A stretch of 64,000 bases of DNA from Minisyncoccota bacterium (GTDB taxonomy: Bacteria; Patescibacteriota; Minisyncoccia; Phycocordibacterales; JABMNX01), in contig OZ244961.1 in the NCBI GenBank assembly GCA_965222715.1, positions 548,637-612,636 of the forward strand, given 5' to 3'. Both the position numbers and the translations under genes were made by a program. This document shows, one piece after another, positions 45,936 through 55,198 of this stretch; the stretch's first letter is position 1, and every line of letters begins with the position of its first letter. The notes under the pieces were generated by a model. That model had not been told where the DNA came from. It saw only the letters and a program-made list of their open reading frames with translations, and did not search any database.

Positions 45936-46361
45936 ATGCTCAGTGTATTCCCTTCACTTTTTATATTAAGTATCTTTGTACCAGTACTACTCCGTCTTGT
46001 GGTTGGCATCTTCTTTTTTACTATTGGCTACCGACACCTCACTAAAGAACAAGACGTGCTTGGTAAAGAATTCAGTGCCTGGTTTCAAACATACCTACCA
46101 TTTCTTGCACCTGTTGCGAAACCCTACGTGGTGCTTCTTGCTCTTATTGAAATACTCCTTGGCCTTACACTGATTGCTGGGTTCCTCACCCAAGTAGCTG
46201 CGCTTATTGGTTTCATCTATATGATAAAGTTGGTCTGGCTACAGAAAGGATTCCCTCACTTTGCGAATCATGAGCGACTTGTCTACATTCTCTTTGCGGT
46301 AGTACTCTTCTCACTCCTTATTCTTGGACCAGGTGCACCAGCAGTTGATTTGCCGCTCTAG
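45936..46361 (+). CDS. DoxX-family membrane protein
   Basis: 141 aa, 4 TM, with LRLVVGIFFFTIGYRHL and LIEILLGLTLIAGFLT patterns. Confidence 0.5.
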   Translation: MLSVFPSLFILSIFVPVLLRLVVGIFFFTIGYRHLTKEQDVLGKEFSAWFQTYLPFLAPVAKPYVVLLALIEILLGLTLIAGFLTQVAALIGFIYMIKLVWLQKGFPHFANHERLVYILFAVVLFSLLILGPGAPAVDLPL

Positions 46362-46429
46362 TTTCAAAATATCTATCTAGAATTATCTCTCATGTGTGGT
46401 ATAGTCTGTGGGTACTCATGAGTACAGAC

Positions 46430-46504
46430 CGCCTATAGCTCAGTTGGTAGAGCAACTGCCTTTTAAGCAGTGGGTCGTAGGTTCGAGTCCTACTGGGCGG
46501 ACCA
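46430..46504 (+). tRNA. tRNA-Lys (TTT), CCA encoded
   Basis: CCGCCTATAGCTCAGTTGGTAGAGCAACTGCCTTTTAAGCAGTGGGTCGTAGGTTCGAGTCCTACTGGGCGGACCA. Anticodon loop CTTTTAA. Confidence 0.8.
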
Positions 46505-46515
46505 ATGAAACTTAG

Positions 46516-46548
46516 CACCCGACGCGATGAGCGTTGGGTGTTTAGTTT
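46516..46548 (+). terminator. terminator after tRNA-Lys
   Basis: cacccgacgc-gatga-gcgttgggtg followed by tttagtttt. Confidence 0.5.
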
Positions 46549-46658
46549 TACTCTGATCCAGTAGGACTCGAAAGACGGAGCAGCGGGTCCCCGCTTTAGC
46601 GGGGCTGCGAGTCGGGGTCGCGAGTACTTAGCGCGTAGCGCTTAGTAACTCGTGACCA

Positions 46659-46674
46659 AGTCCTACTGGGCGGA
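46659..46674. repeat. echo of tRNA-Lys 3' end; partner of antisense copy at 46558-46574
   Basis: agtcctactgggcgga is identical to tRNA positions 46485-46500, 155 bp downstream. ccagtaggactcgaaag at 46558-46574 is its reverse complement. A GC-rich hairpin-dense segment lies between. Confidence 0.7.
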
Positions 46675-46858
46675 GCGCTGTCGAGTGAAACGAGACCGCG
46701 AGCACAGACCAAAAGCACTTGGTAAATTTCGAATGAAATGAAGAAATGTACTTAGTGACTGGTGGTGACGATAGGAAAAAAGCAATCCTGGCACAAAACC
46801 ATCTTTTTTGGTACGTTTCTCTTAGATTAGATATAACAAAAACGGAAAGGGCTCTGTA

Positions 46859-47662
46859 ATGAAACGCCTAAGATTAAAGCAGAAAGTTGAAGTCACTGGA
46901 CGCGACTATTTCGGCCGTCCAGCTTCAATCTCTTTTACTCCTTCAGAAACACCCGGTTGGTTTCTTGAGGGTGGTATACCTATCACTCCTGATATTGTGA
47001 ATCATAGTACCCGCAGAATGGTACTTCAATCAGGATGCGTAACCTTAAACATCTTCGAACACATTGGAGTGCTACGCTATCTCGGCTTGGATGAAGTGAC
47101 TATATCTTCAACTCCATGGCCTCCATACATCACCGCTGGCGAACTGTGGCGCAAGTTACAAGAACACGTGGAAGCTGTGGGAGAAATGGAGTGGGTCTGT
47201 ATGAATTATCCCAAGATGTGTATAGGAGTATGCGACAAGGAAGGTAATCGCTCCACTAAAATGAGTCAAGGAACGGTGGGAAAAATGCAGATTACCATAC
47301 GCATCGACTATAAAAATCTTCCTCATTCAGAACCGCTGAGATGTTCACTTCCATCAGATGAGGGTGAGGCGACACTGCTACACTCCCTTGATGTGGGAAG
47401 TCAGGGGTGGCCACCGAAACTTTACCATCTCTCACGAGTTATCTCTGTTTTTGGTTGGCCACACCACAAATTGATTACCTGGCCTCAAGAACATTCCCCA
47501 CAGGAGACAGTTAGTAGGTTTATGCAACACCGTCTTGTTGACCTGCTTGGCTGTCTTGCGGTCGCATGTCCCCCTGGAAGGCTGCTGTCTGGGAATGTGG
47601 TTTCAGAACAATCAGGCCATAAGGGAGATATCGATCTCATTGGACAAATACAAACTACTTAA
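46859..47662 (+). CDS. LpxC-family zinc deacetylase (UDP-3-O-acyl-GlcNAc deacetylase fold)
   Basis: N-terminus [21 protein letters not shown] parallels LpxC [29 protein letters not shown] (E-H zinc ligand) and [12 protein letters not shown] (HKxxD-like) plus SGHKGD. GC-rich. Confidence 0.55.
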   Translation: [267 protein letters not shown]

Positions 47663-47682
47663 CCTAAAACGGTTATTACGGG

Positions 47683-47719
47683 TCGTCAGTAGAAAGCACA
47701 CTGACGGCCTTTTCTTTTT
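47683..47719 (+). terminator. terminator after the LpxC-like gene
   Basis: cgtcagt-agaaagcac-actgacg followed by gccttttcttttt. Confidence 0.45.
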
Positions 47720-47722
47720 AAA

Positions 47723-47752
47723 TAAACGCCAAGAGTACTCTTGGCGTTTATT
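47723..47752. repeat. 30-nt perfect palindrome (copy 2 of 2)
   Basis: ataaacgccaagagtactcttggcgtttat, identical to 11892-11921. Here it is extended to aaat...attt. Confidence 0.7.
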
Positions 47753-47845
47753 TACGACGTAGAATGAGAGAAATATAAAACCTAAGTTTTATATTTCCGA
47801 GTCGAGGAGTAAATATATTTTATATTTTGGCTTACTAGAGGCACT

Positions 47846-48559
47846 TTAGACACTGAGAATAAACCTCTCCAACGCCACATCAAACTCATGAATGCCTCGC
47901 CGAGCGTCGTGTGAAAGTGAAATGAGAGCTCGCGCTTTTTTTTCGAGCTCTTCTTTTGTGTACTTTTGTATAAACCGTTTTGATTTATTGTAGACGAACG
48001 GGTTGAGACCTGCTTCTTTTGCGTTTTGTGAATGTAGTGAAAGAAGCATACTTTTAACCTGCCAAAAGAGAATACCGTGAATTTCTTCGTCTGCAATATT
48101 AGAAAGTTTTGCTTCCTGGTAGAGCATCCATAGTTTTTTTCTGTCACGTTCACCAAATGCATCAGTAAGAGAAAAGGTATTGAATCGCTCTTTTTTCTTT
48201 TCTGCGATTCCATACTCTGCAACCTTTTTTGCGTGCTTTTCAAATGTACCCACTGTTTTTTTATCAAGTTTTCCTTCAAGCACGAGAAAGACGTGTTCTG
48301 ACTGTGCCATTTCCTTAATAAGCGAGAGGAGTAACTCTTTTGTATCACTATTCTCAAAAAGACGATCAAGTACCACTACATATTTTTGCTCAAACAACCC
48401 TTGCGATGAAATGAGCTCCTCAAGAGAGTGGGTGCCTACATTTTCATCAGTGATATGAAAATATTCAGCATCTGGACGTTTTTCTAAAAGACCACTAAGG
48501 GTTGTGTGGAGCTTTGCTCGTGCAGTGTGTATATCAGTTCCGTAAAAAAGGTAGAGCAT
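47846..48559 (-). CDS. holA: DNA polymerase III delta subunit-like (HolA)
   Basis: MLYLFYGTDIHTARAKLHTTLSGLL N-terminus and size typical of a short HolA. Located directly upstream of polA. Confidence 0.5.
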   Translation of the reverse strand: MLYLFYGTDIHTARAKLHTTLSGLLEKRPDAEYFHITDENVGTHSLEELISSQGLFEQKYVVVLDRLFENSDTKELLLSLIKEMAQSEHVFLVLEGKLDKKTVGTFEKHAKKVAEYGIAEKKKERFNTFSLTDAFGERDRKKLWMLYQEAKLSNIADEEIHGILFWQVKSMLLSLHSQNAKEAGLNPFVYNKSKRFIQKYTKEELEKKARALISLSHDARRGIHEFDVALERFILSV

Positions 48560-48563
48560 AGGA

Positions 48564-50990
48564 TTATGTTAATTTCTTCATCTCTCCCCAACTATTTCCT
48601 ACTGAGGCTTCAACTAAAAATGGTATACCTCGTGATTCTTTTTTGGAAATGACTGATTCCATACTATGTTTCATTTCTGGCACCACGCTCTTTACCTTAC
48701 TTTTCTTTACCTCGTATACCAGCTCATCATGCACTTGTAGGAGTAACCGCACGTCATCAAGAAGGTTATTTTTTTCAAGGTATGTATGAATATTCACCGT
48801 TGCAAGTTTAATAATGTCAGCAGTGGTCCCCTGGATTGGCGCGTTAATTGCCATACGCTCAGCTGCTGCTCGAATAAAGGGTACTGACGAACGAATACCC
48901 TCAAAGTAGCGTTTACGACCAAAGTAGGTTTCAGTGTGACCAGTGCGATGCGCGTGCGCTTTCACTCGATCAAGGTAGTGTGCTAGTGTACTAAATTTTT
49001 TAAAGTATTCGTTATAAAACTGTTGTGCCTCTGCTCGGCTCGTTGTCTCTTTTCCTAATTCAGCACGAAGTGCATTCACTCCCATGCCGTAAATAATACC
49101 GAAGTTAATCACCTTGGCTCGTCGTCGCAGCTCACTATCAACCTTATCTGCTGGCAGGTTAAACACTTCGGCGGCAACCTCGGTGTGTACATCACCCCCG
49201 CTCTTAAAAATTTGAGTCAGTTTTTCATCTCCTGAAATAAAAGCAGCAACACGTAAATCTATTTGAGAATAATCGCACGCCACCAACTGAAACCCTTCTT
49301 CTGCGATAAACGCATTTCTAATTCTCCTACCAGATTCGGTTCTAATAGGGATATTTTGTAAGTTTGGGTGCTGTGAGGCCATACGACCTGTCGTGGTTCC
49401 TGTTTGAAGAAACTCAGCATGCAGTCGCCCATCCTCCTCAACCATTTGAGGGATGTTGTCGATGTATGTTGAGAGAAGTTTCTGCAACTCTCGATAAGAA
49501 AGTATGTCATTAATAATAGGGTGGAGTTCTTTCATTTTTTCAAGCTCAGACTCTTTTGTTGATTTCTGTCCCGTGCTTGTCTTTTTCTGATTTTTCACTG
49601 AAAGTCCGAGTTTATCGAAAAGTACTTCTCCAAGCTGTTTTGGTGAATTGATATTAAACTCACCTCCTGCATGTTTGTAGATACGCCGCTCAATCTTACT
49701 GAGTTCTTTATGATACTCCTTTGAAAGTTCTTTGAGGTATTTCACATCAATCTTAATACCTCGTTTTTTCATTTCATTCGTTATGGGAATAAGCGGAAGC
49801 TCAATGGTTTTGTACATGTCCTCAAGCCCTTCTTTTTGCAATTGAGTCTGTATTTTCTTTCGTGCTTGTGTAAAGGAATCTGTGTGTGCGTAGGAGAGCA
49901 TATCATCAAGAGATGGGTTAGTAATATCAGAGCGAAGCAACCAGAGCATAACCGCGGTCTCTTCTAGTTCTTTTGGATCTATTACTTCAGATGTTTTTGC
50001 TTCAGTATCTCCTTCACCTCTAGTTGATTGGGCCTTACCACTTTCACCTCCACCAAAAAGTGACATGAATCGCTCTCTGAGTGTTCTAAATGAAAGTTCA
50101 TCAAACAGTGTAAGCACTTTTTTAGTATCGAGCCCTTCTTGCCACTGTTTTTTAGGAAGCGTGAAGGTTATTGGTGCATCACGTTTAATTTCAGCAAGCA
50201 TCTTTGAAAAAAACGCCTCTTCTTCATTCTCTTGAAGTAACGCTACGATTCGTGGTTTTATACCAACTTTTTCAAACGCAGCAGTATCTTTCTTGAGTAG
50301 TTTATAGATATTCTCAATTGAACCAAATTCTTGTATAAGTGTGGCACCTGTTTTTTCACCAATACCAGGAATGCCGATGATGTTATCTGAAGGATCACCA
50401 CGAAGCCCTTTAAAGTCAGGAAGAAGTTTTGGAGGAAAACCAAATCGCTCAACAACTGCATCTTCGTTATAAAGGACTGTGTCTTGTATACCTTTTCGAA
50501 GGGTGTAAACAGTGACTTTATCACCATCAACAAGCTGGAGAGTATCCATATCTCCTGAAGCAATGATAGTAGTGAGATTTTTCTTTTTCTTTACCTGCTC
50601 AACAATAGTACCGAGCATGTCGTCCGCTTCATATCCTGCTTTTTCATAGATAGGAATATTAAATGCTTTAAATACATCTCGCGATCGGTCGAGTTGTGCA
50701 ACGAGCGCATCGTCTGCTTTCGCCCGACCTGATTTGTATTCTTCGTATACCTCATGACGAAATGTTGGTTCAGGTAAGTCATAACACGCAATAATATAAT
50801 CTGGCTTTAACTCAGGAATCACTTTCATCAACATCGCCACTAAACCATAGAGCGCTCCTGTTGGCTCGCCTTTTTGTGAGGTAAAGTCAGGAAGTGCGTG
50901 GTACGCTCGGTGTAAAATCGCGTGAGCGTCAAGAAGTACCAGTACCTCCTTTTTTGTTTCTTTTTTATTTTTTGAGGCTGCTTTTACCAT
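48564..50990 (-). CDS. polA: DNA polymerase I (5'-3' exonuclease + polymerase domains)
   Basis: N-terminal LVLLDAHAILHRAYHALP (FEN/5'-3' exo). Pol A motifs DYSQIDLRVAAFISGD, RRRAKVINFGIIYGMG, LQVHDELVYEV. Confidence 0.9.
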   Translation of the reverse strand: MVKAASKNKKETKKEVLVLLDAHAILHRAYHALPDFTSQKGEPTGALYGLVAMLMKVIPELKPDYIIACYDLPEPTFRHEVYEEYKSGRAKADDALVAQLDRSRDVFKAFNIPIYEKAGYEADDMLGTIVEQVKKKKNLTTIIASGDMDTLQLVDGDKVTVYTLRKGIQDTVLYNEDAVVERFGFPPKLLPDFKGLRGDPSDNIIGIPGIGEKTGATLIQEFGSIENIYKLLKKDTAAFEKVGIKPRIVALLQENEEEAFFSKMLAEIKRDAPITFTLPKKQWQEGLDTKKVLTLFDELSFRTLRERFMSLFGGGESGKAQSTRGEGDTEAKTSEVIDPKELEETAVMLWLLRSDITNPSLDDMLSYAHTDSFTQARKKIQTQLQKEGLEDMYKTIELPLIPITNEMKKRGIKIDVKYLKELSKEYHKELSKIERRIYKHAGGEFNINSPKQLGEVLFDKLGLSVKNQKKTSTGQKSTKESELEKMKELHPIINDILSYRELQKLLSTYIDNIPQMVEEDGRLHAEFLQTGTTTGRMASQHPNLQNIPIRTESGRRIRNAFIAEEGFQLVACDYSQIDLRVAAFISGDEKLTQIFKSGGDVHTEVAAEVFNLPADKVDSELRRRAKVINFGIIYGMGVNALRAELGKETTSRAEAQQFYNEYFKKFSTLAHYLDRVKAHAHRTGHTETYFGRKRYFEGIRSSVPFIRAAAERMAINAPIQGTTADIIKLATVNIHTYLEKNNLLDDVRLLLQVHDELVYEVKKSKVKSVVPEMKHSMESVISKKESRGIPFLVEASVGNSWGEMKKLT

Positions 50991-51005
50991 AACAACATAT
51001 TGTAC

Positions 51006-51464
51006 CTACATCTGTTGAGTCCTTACTTCAATACCACGCACCTCTATATCTTTGCTCTGTGTAGGGTGTGAGAGAGCGATGTTAATAGTGCTCTTGGGAA
51101 GAATATCTGTAACTCGTTCAGCCCATTCTACAGCAATAATGTTTTTGGGATCAGAGACTATATCGTCCCATCCAAGCTGAGTAAGCTCTTTTGAGTCTTC
51201 AATTCGATAGGCATCAATATGGATAAGTTTTTTAAATAATTTATTCTTTTTAGGTAATGCGTATACTTTTTCAATCACAAACGTAGGACTCATGACCGAC
51301 TCTTCTATACCCAATTCTCCTGCAAGAGTCTGAACAAACGTCGTCTTTCCTGCGCCTAAATCGCCATGAAGTGCAAGCACTGTCGCACCAGTTTTTTGTG
51401 GCGTAAGTGATGAGGTAAGCTCTTTCACTTTTTTCTGTAATTGAGATAACGTCACTTCTTCCAT
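51006..51464 (-). CDS. tsaE: tRNA threonylcarbamoyladenosine biosynthesis protein TsaE
   Basis: LALHGDLGAGKTTFVQTLAGELG P-loop context typical of YjeE/TsaE. Confidence 0.75.
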   Translation of the reverse strand: MEEVTLSQLQKKVKELTSSLTPQKTGATVLALHGDLGAGKTTFVQTLAGELGIEESVMSPTFVIEKVYALPKKNKLFKKLIHIDAYRIEDSKELTQLGWDDIVSDPKNIIAVEWAERVTDILPKSTINIALSHPTQSKDIEVRGIEVRTQQM

Positions 51465-51532
51465 AAAGCTATTTTAGCATGCTCGCCCAAACACTGCTTT
51501 CTGTAATTTTTACTAGCATACACAAAAGAAAA

Positions 51533-51560
51533 GGCGGCGCGTATGTGCGCCGCCCGAGTT
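51533..51560 (-). terminator. terminator of the lipoprotein gene
   Basis: ggcggcgcg-tatgt-gcgccgcc GC stem, followed by a U-tract on the minus transcript. Confidence 0.55.
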
Positions 51561-51573
51561 TGGGGAGGTAGAG

Positions 51574-52023
51574 CTAGTCCAAGGACCACGACCACGTTCG
51601 CCGGGTGTACCCCCATGATTCCTCACCGTAGAGTCGCTTGTTGTGGCGACCTTGGGTAACGTTTCTGGGGTACTGCGAACGTACGTTGACGCAGACGATA
51701 CCGCCATAGCAGTCGGAACGGTACCCGCCGCTCATGCGTCGCAGGTTTCGCGTACGCGCTTCTTCAACCTGCGCCCATCGATCGTACGCCACAACCCATC
51801 GCTGAACCGCGGCAGCTTGAGCGTAAGTGAGCTCTTGCTGGTCGAGGCACCGCATAAAGGCGCGTCGGCTGTTGAGATTCATCTCACAAGCCATCACCTC
51901 ATTCTCGATGACCTGAGGCGGGGTTGGCGGAGCGCTCGTCTCCATGGCGCGACTCGCGCACCCGCTAAGGATCGGGAACAAGAGTACCAGAAGTAGCGGC
52001 GTTACTCGGAGAAACTGTTTCAT
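51574..52023 (-). CDS. hypothetical lipoprotein, GC-rich
   Basis: Signal peptide plus lipobox PILSGCAS, 149 aa. GC content far above neighbours. Confidence 0.45.
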   Translation of the reverse strand: MKQFLRVTPLLLVLLFPILSGCASRAMETSAPPTPPQVIENEVMACEMNLNSRRAFMRCLDQQELTYAQAAAVQRWVVAYDRWAQVEEARTRNLRRMSGGYRSDCYGGIVCVNVRSQYPRNVTQGRHNKRLYGEESWGYTRRTWSWSLD

Positions 52024-52194
52024 CGTACCCTCCTTAAGGGTCTACGTGTACGCATATAAAACGGTCGTACACTGGTGAATTATTCTATGTATATTATATC
52101 ACATAATATACGTATTAGTCAAGTACTTTTTACTCACCTTCTACACTCCTGTGGTTTGTGAGTATTTATAAAAAAGACTACAATTAAGCCACGT

Positions 52195-53850
52195 ATGGCT
52201 ACTTTTAATGAAGAAAATCAGCAAGAACGAGTAGACGAACTTCGTGCCCAAGAAGAAGAGGAACTTGCGCGTATTCTCTCGGGTAAGTACGGGGTGAAGT
52301 ATATTGACCTTTCTCAGGCATCAATTGATACTGATGCGCTACGCCTCATAAAAGAAGAAGATGCACGTGATATTGAGGTTGCAGCGTTTAGTAAGGTGGG
52401 TAAAAAACTGTCTCTTGCTGTAAGAGCACCAAGTAAAAAAGAGGTGCTTGAGGCAGTGAAAGGTCTTGAAAAAATGGGGTATGAGGTAACGGTCTTTATG
52501 GTGTCTCATGCAAGCCTCGAACGTGCTTGGAGTCGATATGAAGACCTCTCCTACTCAACCGAGACCCGCGCTGGGGTACTCGATATTTCAGGAGAGCAAA
52601 TTTCTTCATTAATTAAGACGCTCACCTCTCTTGAAGCGGTTGGTAAAAACATTGAAGAGGTTCTTGGGATGAAGAAAGCGTATCGTATCTCTCGCATTCT
52701 TGAAACAGTCCTTGCTGGAGCACTTGGATTAAAAACGTCAGACGTTCACATTGAACCAGAAGAGGGTAAGGTGCGCTTGCGGTATCGACTTGATGGAGTA
52801 CTCACTGATGTTATTGATTTTGATACTGATACCTACCAACTGCTTCTCTCACGAATAAAACTCCTTTCAGGATTAAAACTAAATGTAAAAAACGCAGCAC
52901 AAGACGGCAGGTTTAGTATTGAGATACATAATAATGATATTGAGATACGAACCTCAATTCTTCCTGGTGCGTATGGAGAATCTATTGTACTTCGTGTACT
53001 TGATCCAAGTGCTATTTCTGTCCCTATGGAAGCACTCGGTATTCCTGAGAACCTACAGACAATTCTTGAGCGAGAAATTAATCGACCAAACGGCATGATC
53101 TTAAACACTGGCCCCACCGGATCAGGAAAAACAACAACACTCTATGCTTTTTTGCGGAAGGTTAACGAACCAGGAATAAAAATTATTACTATTGAAAATC
53201 CAATTGAGTACCACCTAGAAGGGATTGTGCAAACCCAAACAGAAGGAGAGAAGTATACTTTTGCAAGCGGGCTTCGCTCAGCACTTCGGCAAGACCCAGA
53301 CATTATTATGGTTGGTGAGATTCGAGACAGTGAGGTTGCTTCAACTGCTATTAACGCCGCCCTTACGGGACACTTAGTATTTTCAACCCTTCATACAAAC
53401 ACTGCGGCAGGTACCTTCCCCCGCCTCATTGATCTTGGGGTGAACGCAAAAATTATTGGCTCAGCCGTGAATGTAGTTATGGCACAACGACTTGTACGAA
53501 AATTGCGTGATGCACACAAAAAAGAAGTGACCCTTGAAGGAGAGGATAAGCAGAAGGTTGATGAGATACTTGCGTCAATAGAAGATAAAAGTCTGATACC
53601 TGAAAAAACTGATACTATTTTTGAGCCAATAGAAGATTCGCCTGAAGCCTATAGCGGCCGTATTGGTATTTTTGAAGCGATTATTGTTGACGAAGAAATT
53701 GAGCGGCTTATAAAAGAAAATCCAAGCGAGCGAGAAATTGCAACAAATGCAAAACGCCAAGGAATATTGACCATGGCGCAAGATGGAGTACTGAAAGCTT
53801 TACAAGGTGTCACTTCTCTTTCAGAATTAAAACGAGTGATTGAATTGTAA
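52195..53850 (+). CDS. pilB: type II/IV secretion-system ATPase (PilB/GspE family)
   Basis: Walker A LNTGPTGSGKTTTL, Asp/His boxes (IITIENPIEYHLEGIVQTQ; MVGEIRDSEVA). Confidence 0.85.
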   Translation: MATFNEENQQERVDELRAQEEEELARILSGKYGVKYIDLSQASIDTDALRLIKEEDARDIEVAAFSKVGKKLSLAVRAPSKKEVLEAVKGLEKMGYEVTVFMVSHASLERAWSRYEDLSYSTETRAGVLDISGEQISSLIKTLTSLEAVGKNIEEVLGMKKAYRISRILETVLAGALGLKTSDVHIEPEEGKVRLRYRLDGVLTDVIDFDTDTYQLLLSRIKLLSGLKLNVKNAAQDGRFSIEIHNNDIEIRTSILPGAYGESIVLRVLDPSAISVPMEALGIPENLQTILEREINRPNGMILNTGPTGSGKTTTLYAFLRKVNEPGIKIITIENPIEYHLEGIVQTQTEGEKYTFASGLRSALRQDPDIIMVGEIRDSEVASTAINAALTGHLVFSTLHTNTAAGTFPRLIDLGVNAKIIGSAVNVVMAQRLVRKLRDAHKKEVTLEGEDKQKVDEILASIEDKSLIPEKTDTIFEPIEDSPEAYSGRIGIFEAIIVDEEIERLIKENPSEREIATNAKRQGILTMAQDGVLKALQGVTSLSELKRVIEL

Positions 53851-54147
53851 AATAATAGTGGTACTGTAGCAGTATAGATTTGTGAGTAAAAAATCCCGGC
53901 CACAAATCTCTAAACAATACTTTGTGGGACAAAGTCAATCGTGTATTTAAGGATAATCGCAGCGATGCGTACATAATATACGCGACCACAATGTCCTCAA
54001 TATCAATTCAAAGCGTGGAGCTTAATTGTTTAGAGATTTATAGCCAGGATTTATGAGAAATTTCCTGGGTGTAAGGATGTAAAGAAAAATTCAAGCAAAA
54101 AACCACTCGTTTGTGGTCCATAGGTATACTAACATAAATAAAAGTGT

Positions 54148-55182
54148 ATGTCAACTCCTTCTAACGAACCGCTCTCACACCCTAAAGAAACTTCAGAGGA
54201 GTTCTCTGATAAAGCATTTCTTGATCAAACTCTTCGGCCACACAGTTGGGATGAGTATATTGGGCAAGAACACGTAAAAGATAACTTGCATATACTTCTT
54301 ACTGCAGCTAAAGAGCGTGCACACCCACCTGAACATGTTCTTTTTTATGGGCCACCTGGGCTTGGTAAAACAACACTTGCTCACCTTATTGCAAAAGAGA
54401 CACAGTCACAGATAAAAATAACTTCGGGTCCAGCAATTGAACGAGTTGGAGACCTTGCTTCAATTCTAACCAACCTCTCCCCTGGCGACATACTGTTTAT
54501 TGATGAAATACATCGCCTTAATAAAACAATTGAAGAAGTGCTCTATCCCGCTATGGAGTCAGGTGCATTGGATATTATTATCGGCAAAGGTCCCTCAGCG
54601 AGAACCATACAGCTTGAGTTGCCACAATTTACGCTTATTGCTGCAACAACCCGCGCATCACTTCTCTCTGCCCCTCTTCGTTCACGCTTCTCTGGTGGAA
54701 CCTTCAGGCTTAACTACTACACACAGGATGAGATTAAAGAAATTTTGAAACGTTCAGCACAGATACTACACGCTGAGGTTGATGATGAAGGATTAAAAGA
54801 AATTGCAAAAAGAAGTCGCTTTACACCTCGTACCGCAAACTTCTTACTAAAACGATGTCGTGACTTTGCGCAAGTGAAGAAAATGCCCCTTAATAAAGAT
54901 GCGGTTGACCAAGCACTTGCTCTTCTTCAAATTGATTCACTTGGTCTCAATCAAGCAGATAGAGCACTACTTGAAGTGATTATAAAGAAATTTAATGGTG
55001 GTCCCGTTGGATTAAGTACTATTGCAGCTGCAACTTCAGAAGAACAGGGAACTGTCGAGGAGGTGTATGAACCCTATCTCATCCAGTGCGGACTTCTTGA
55101 ACGAACACCACGGGGTCGTGTGGCAACCGAGAGAGCGTATGAACACCTAGGAGAAAAGCCAACGCACGGACAATTACTATAA
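54148..55182 (+). CDS. ruvB: Holliday junction helicase RuvB
   Basis: [30 protein letters not shown] and arginine-finger region. Confidence 0.9.
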   Translation: MSTPSNEPLSHPKETSEEFSDKAFLDQTLRPHSWDEYIGQEHVKDNLHILLTAAKERAHPPEHVLFYGPPGLGKTTLAHLIAKETQSQIKITSGPAIERVGDLASILTNLSPGDILFIDEIHRLNKTIEEVLYPAMESGALDIIIGKGPSARTIQLELPQFTLIAATTRASLLSAPLRSRFSGGTFRLNYYTQDEIKEILKRSAQILHAEVDDEGLKEIAKRSRFTPRTANFLLKRCRDFAQVKKMPLNKDAVDQALALLQIDSLGLNQADRALLEVIIKKFNGGPVGLSTIAAATSEEQGTVEEVYEPYLIQCGLLERTPRGRVATERAYEHLGEKPTHGQLL

Positions 55183-55198
55183 CTAATAGGATAACTGT

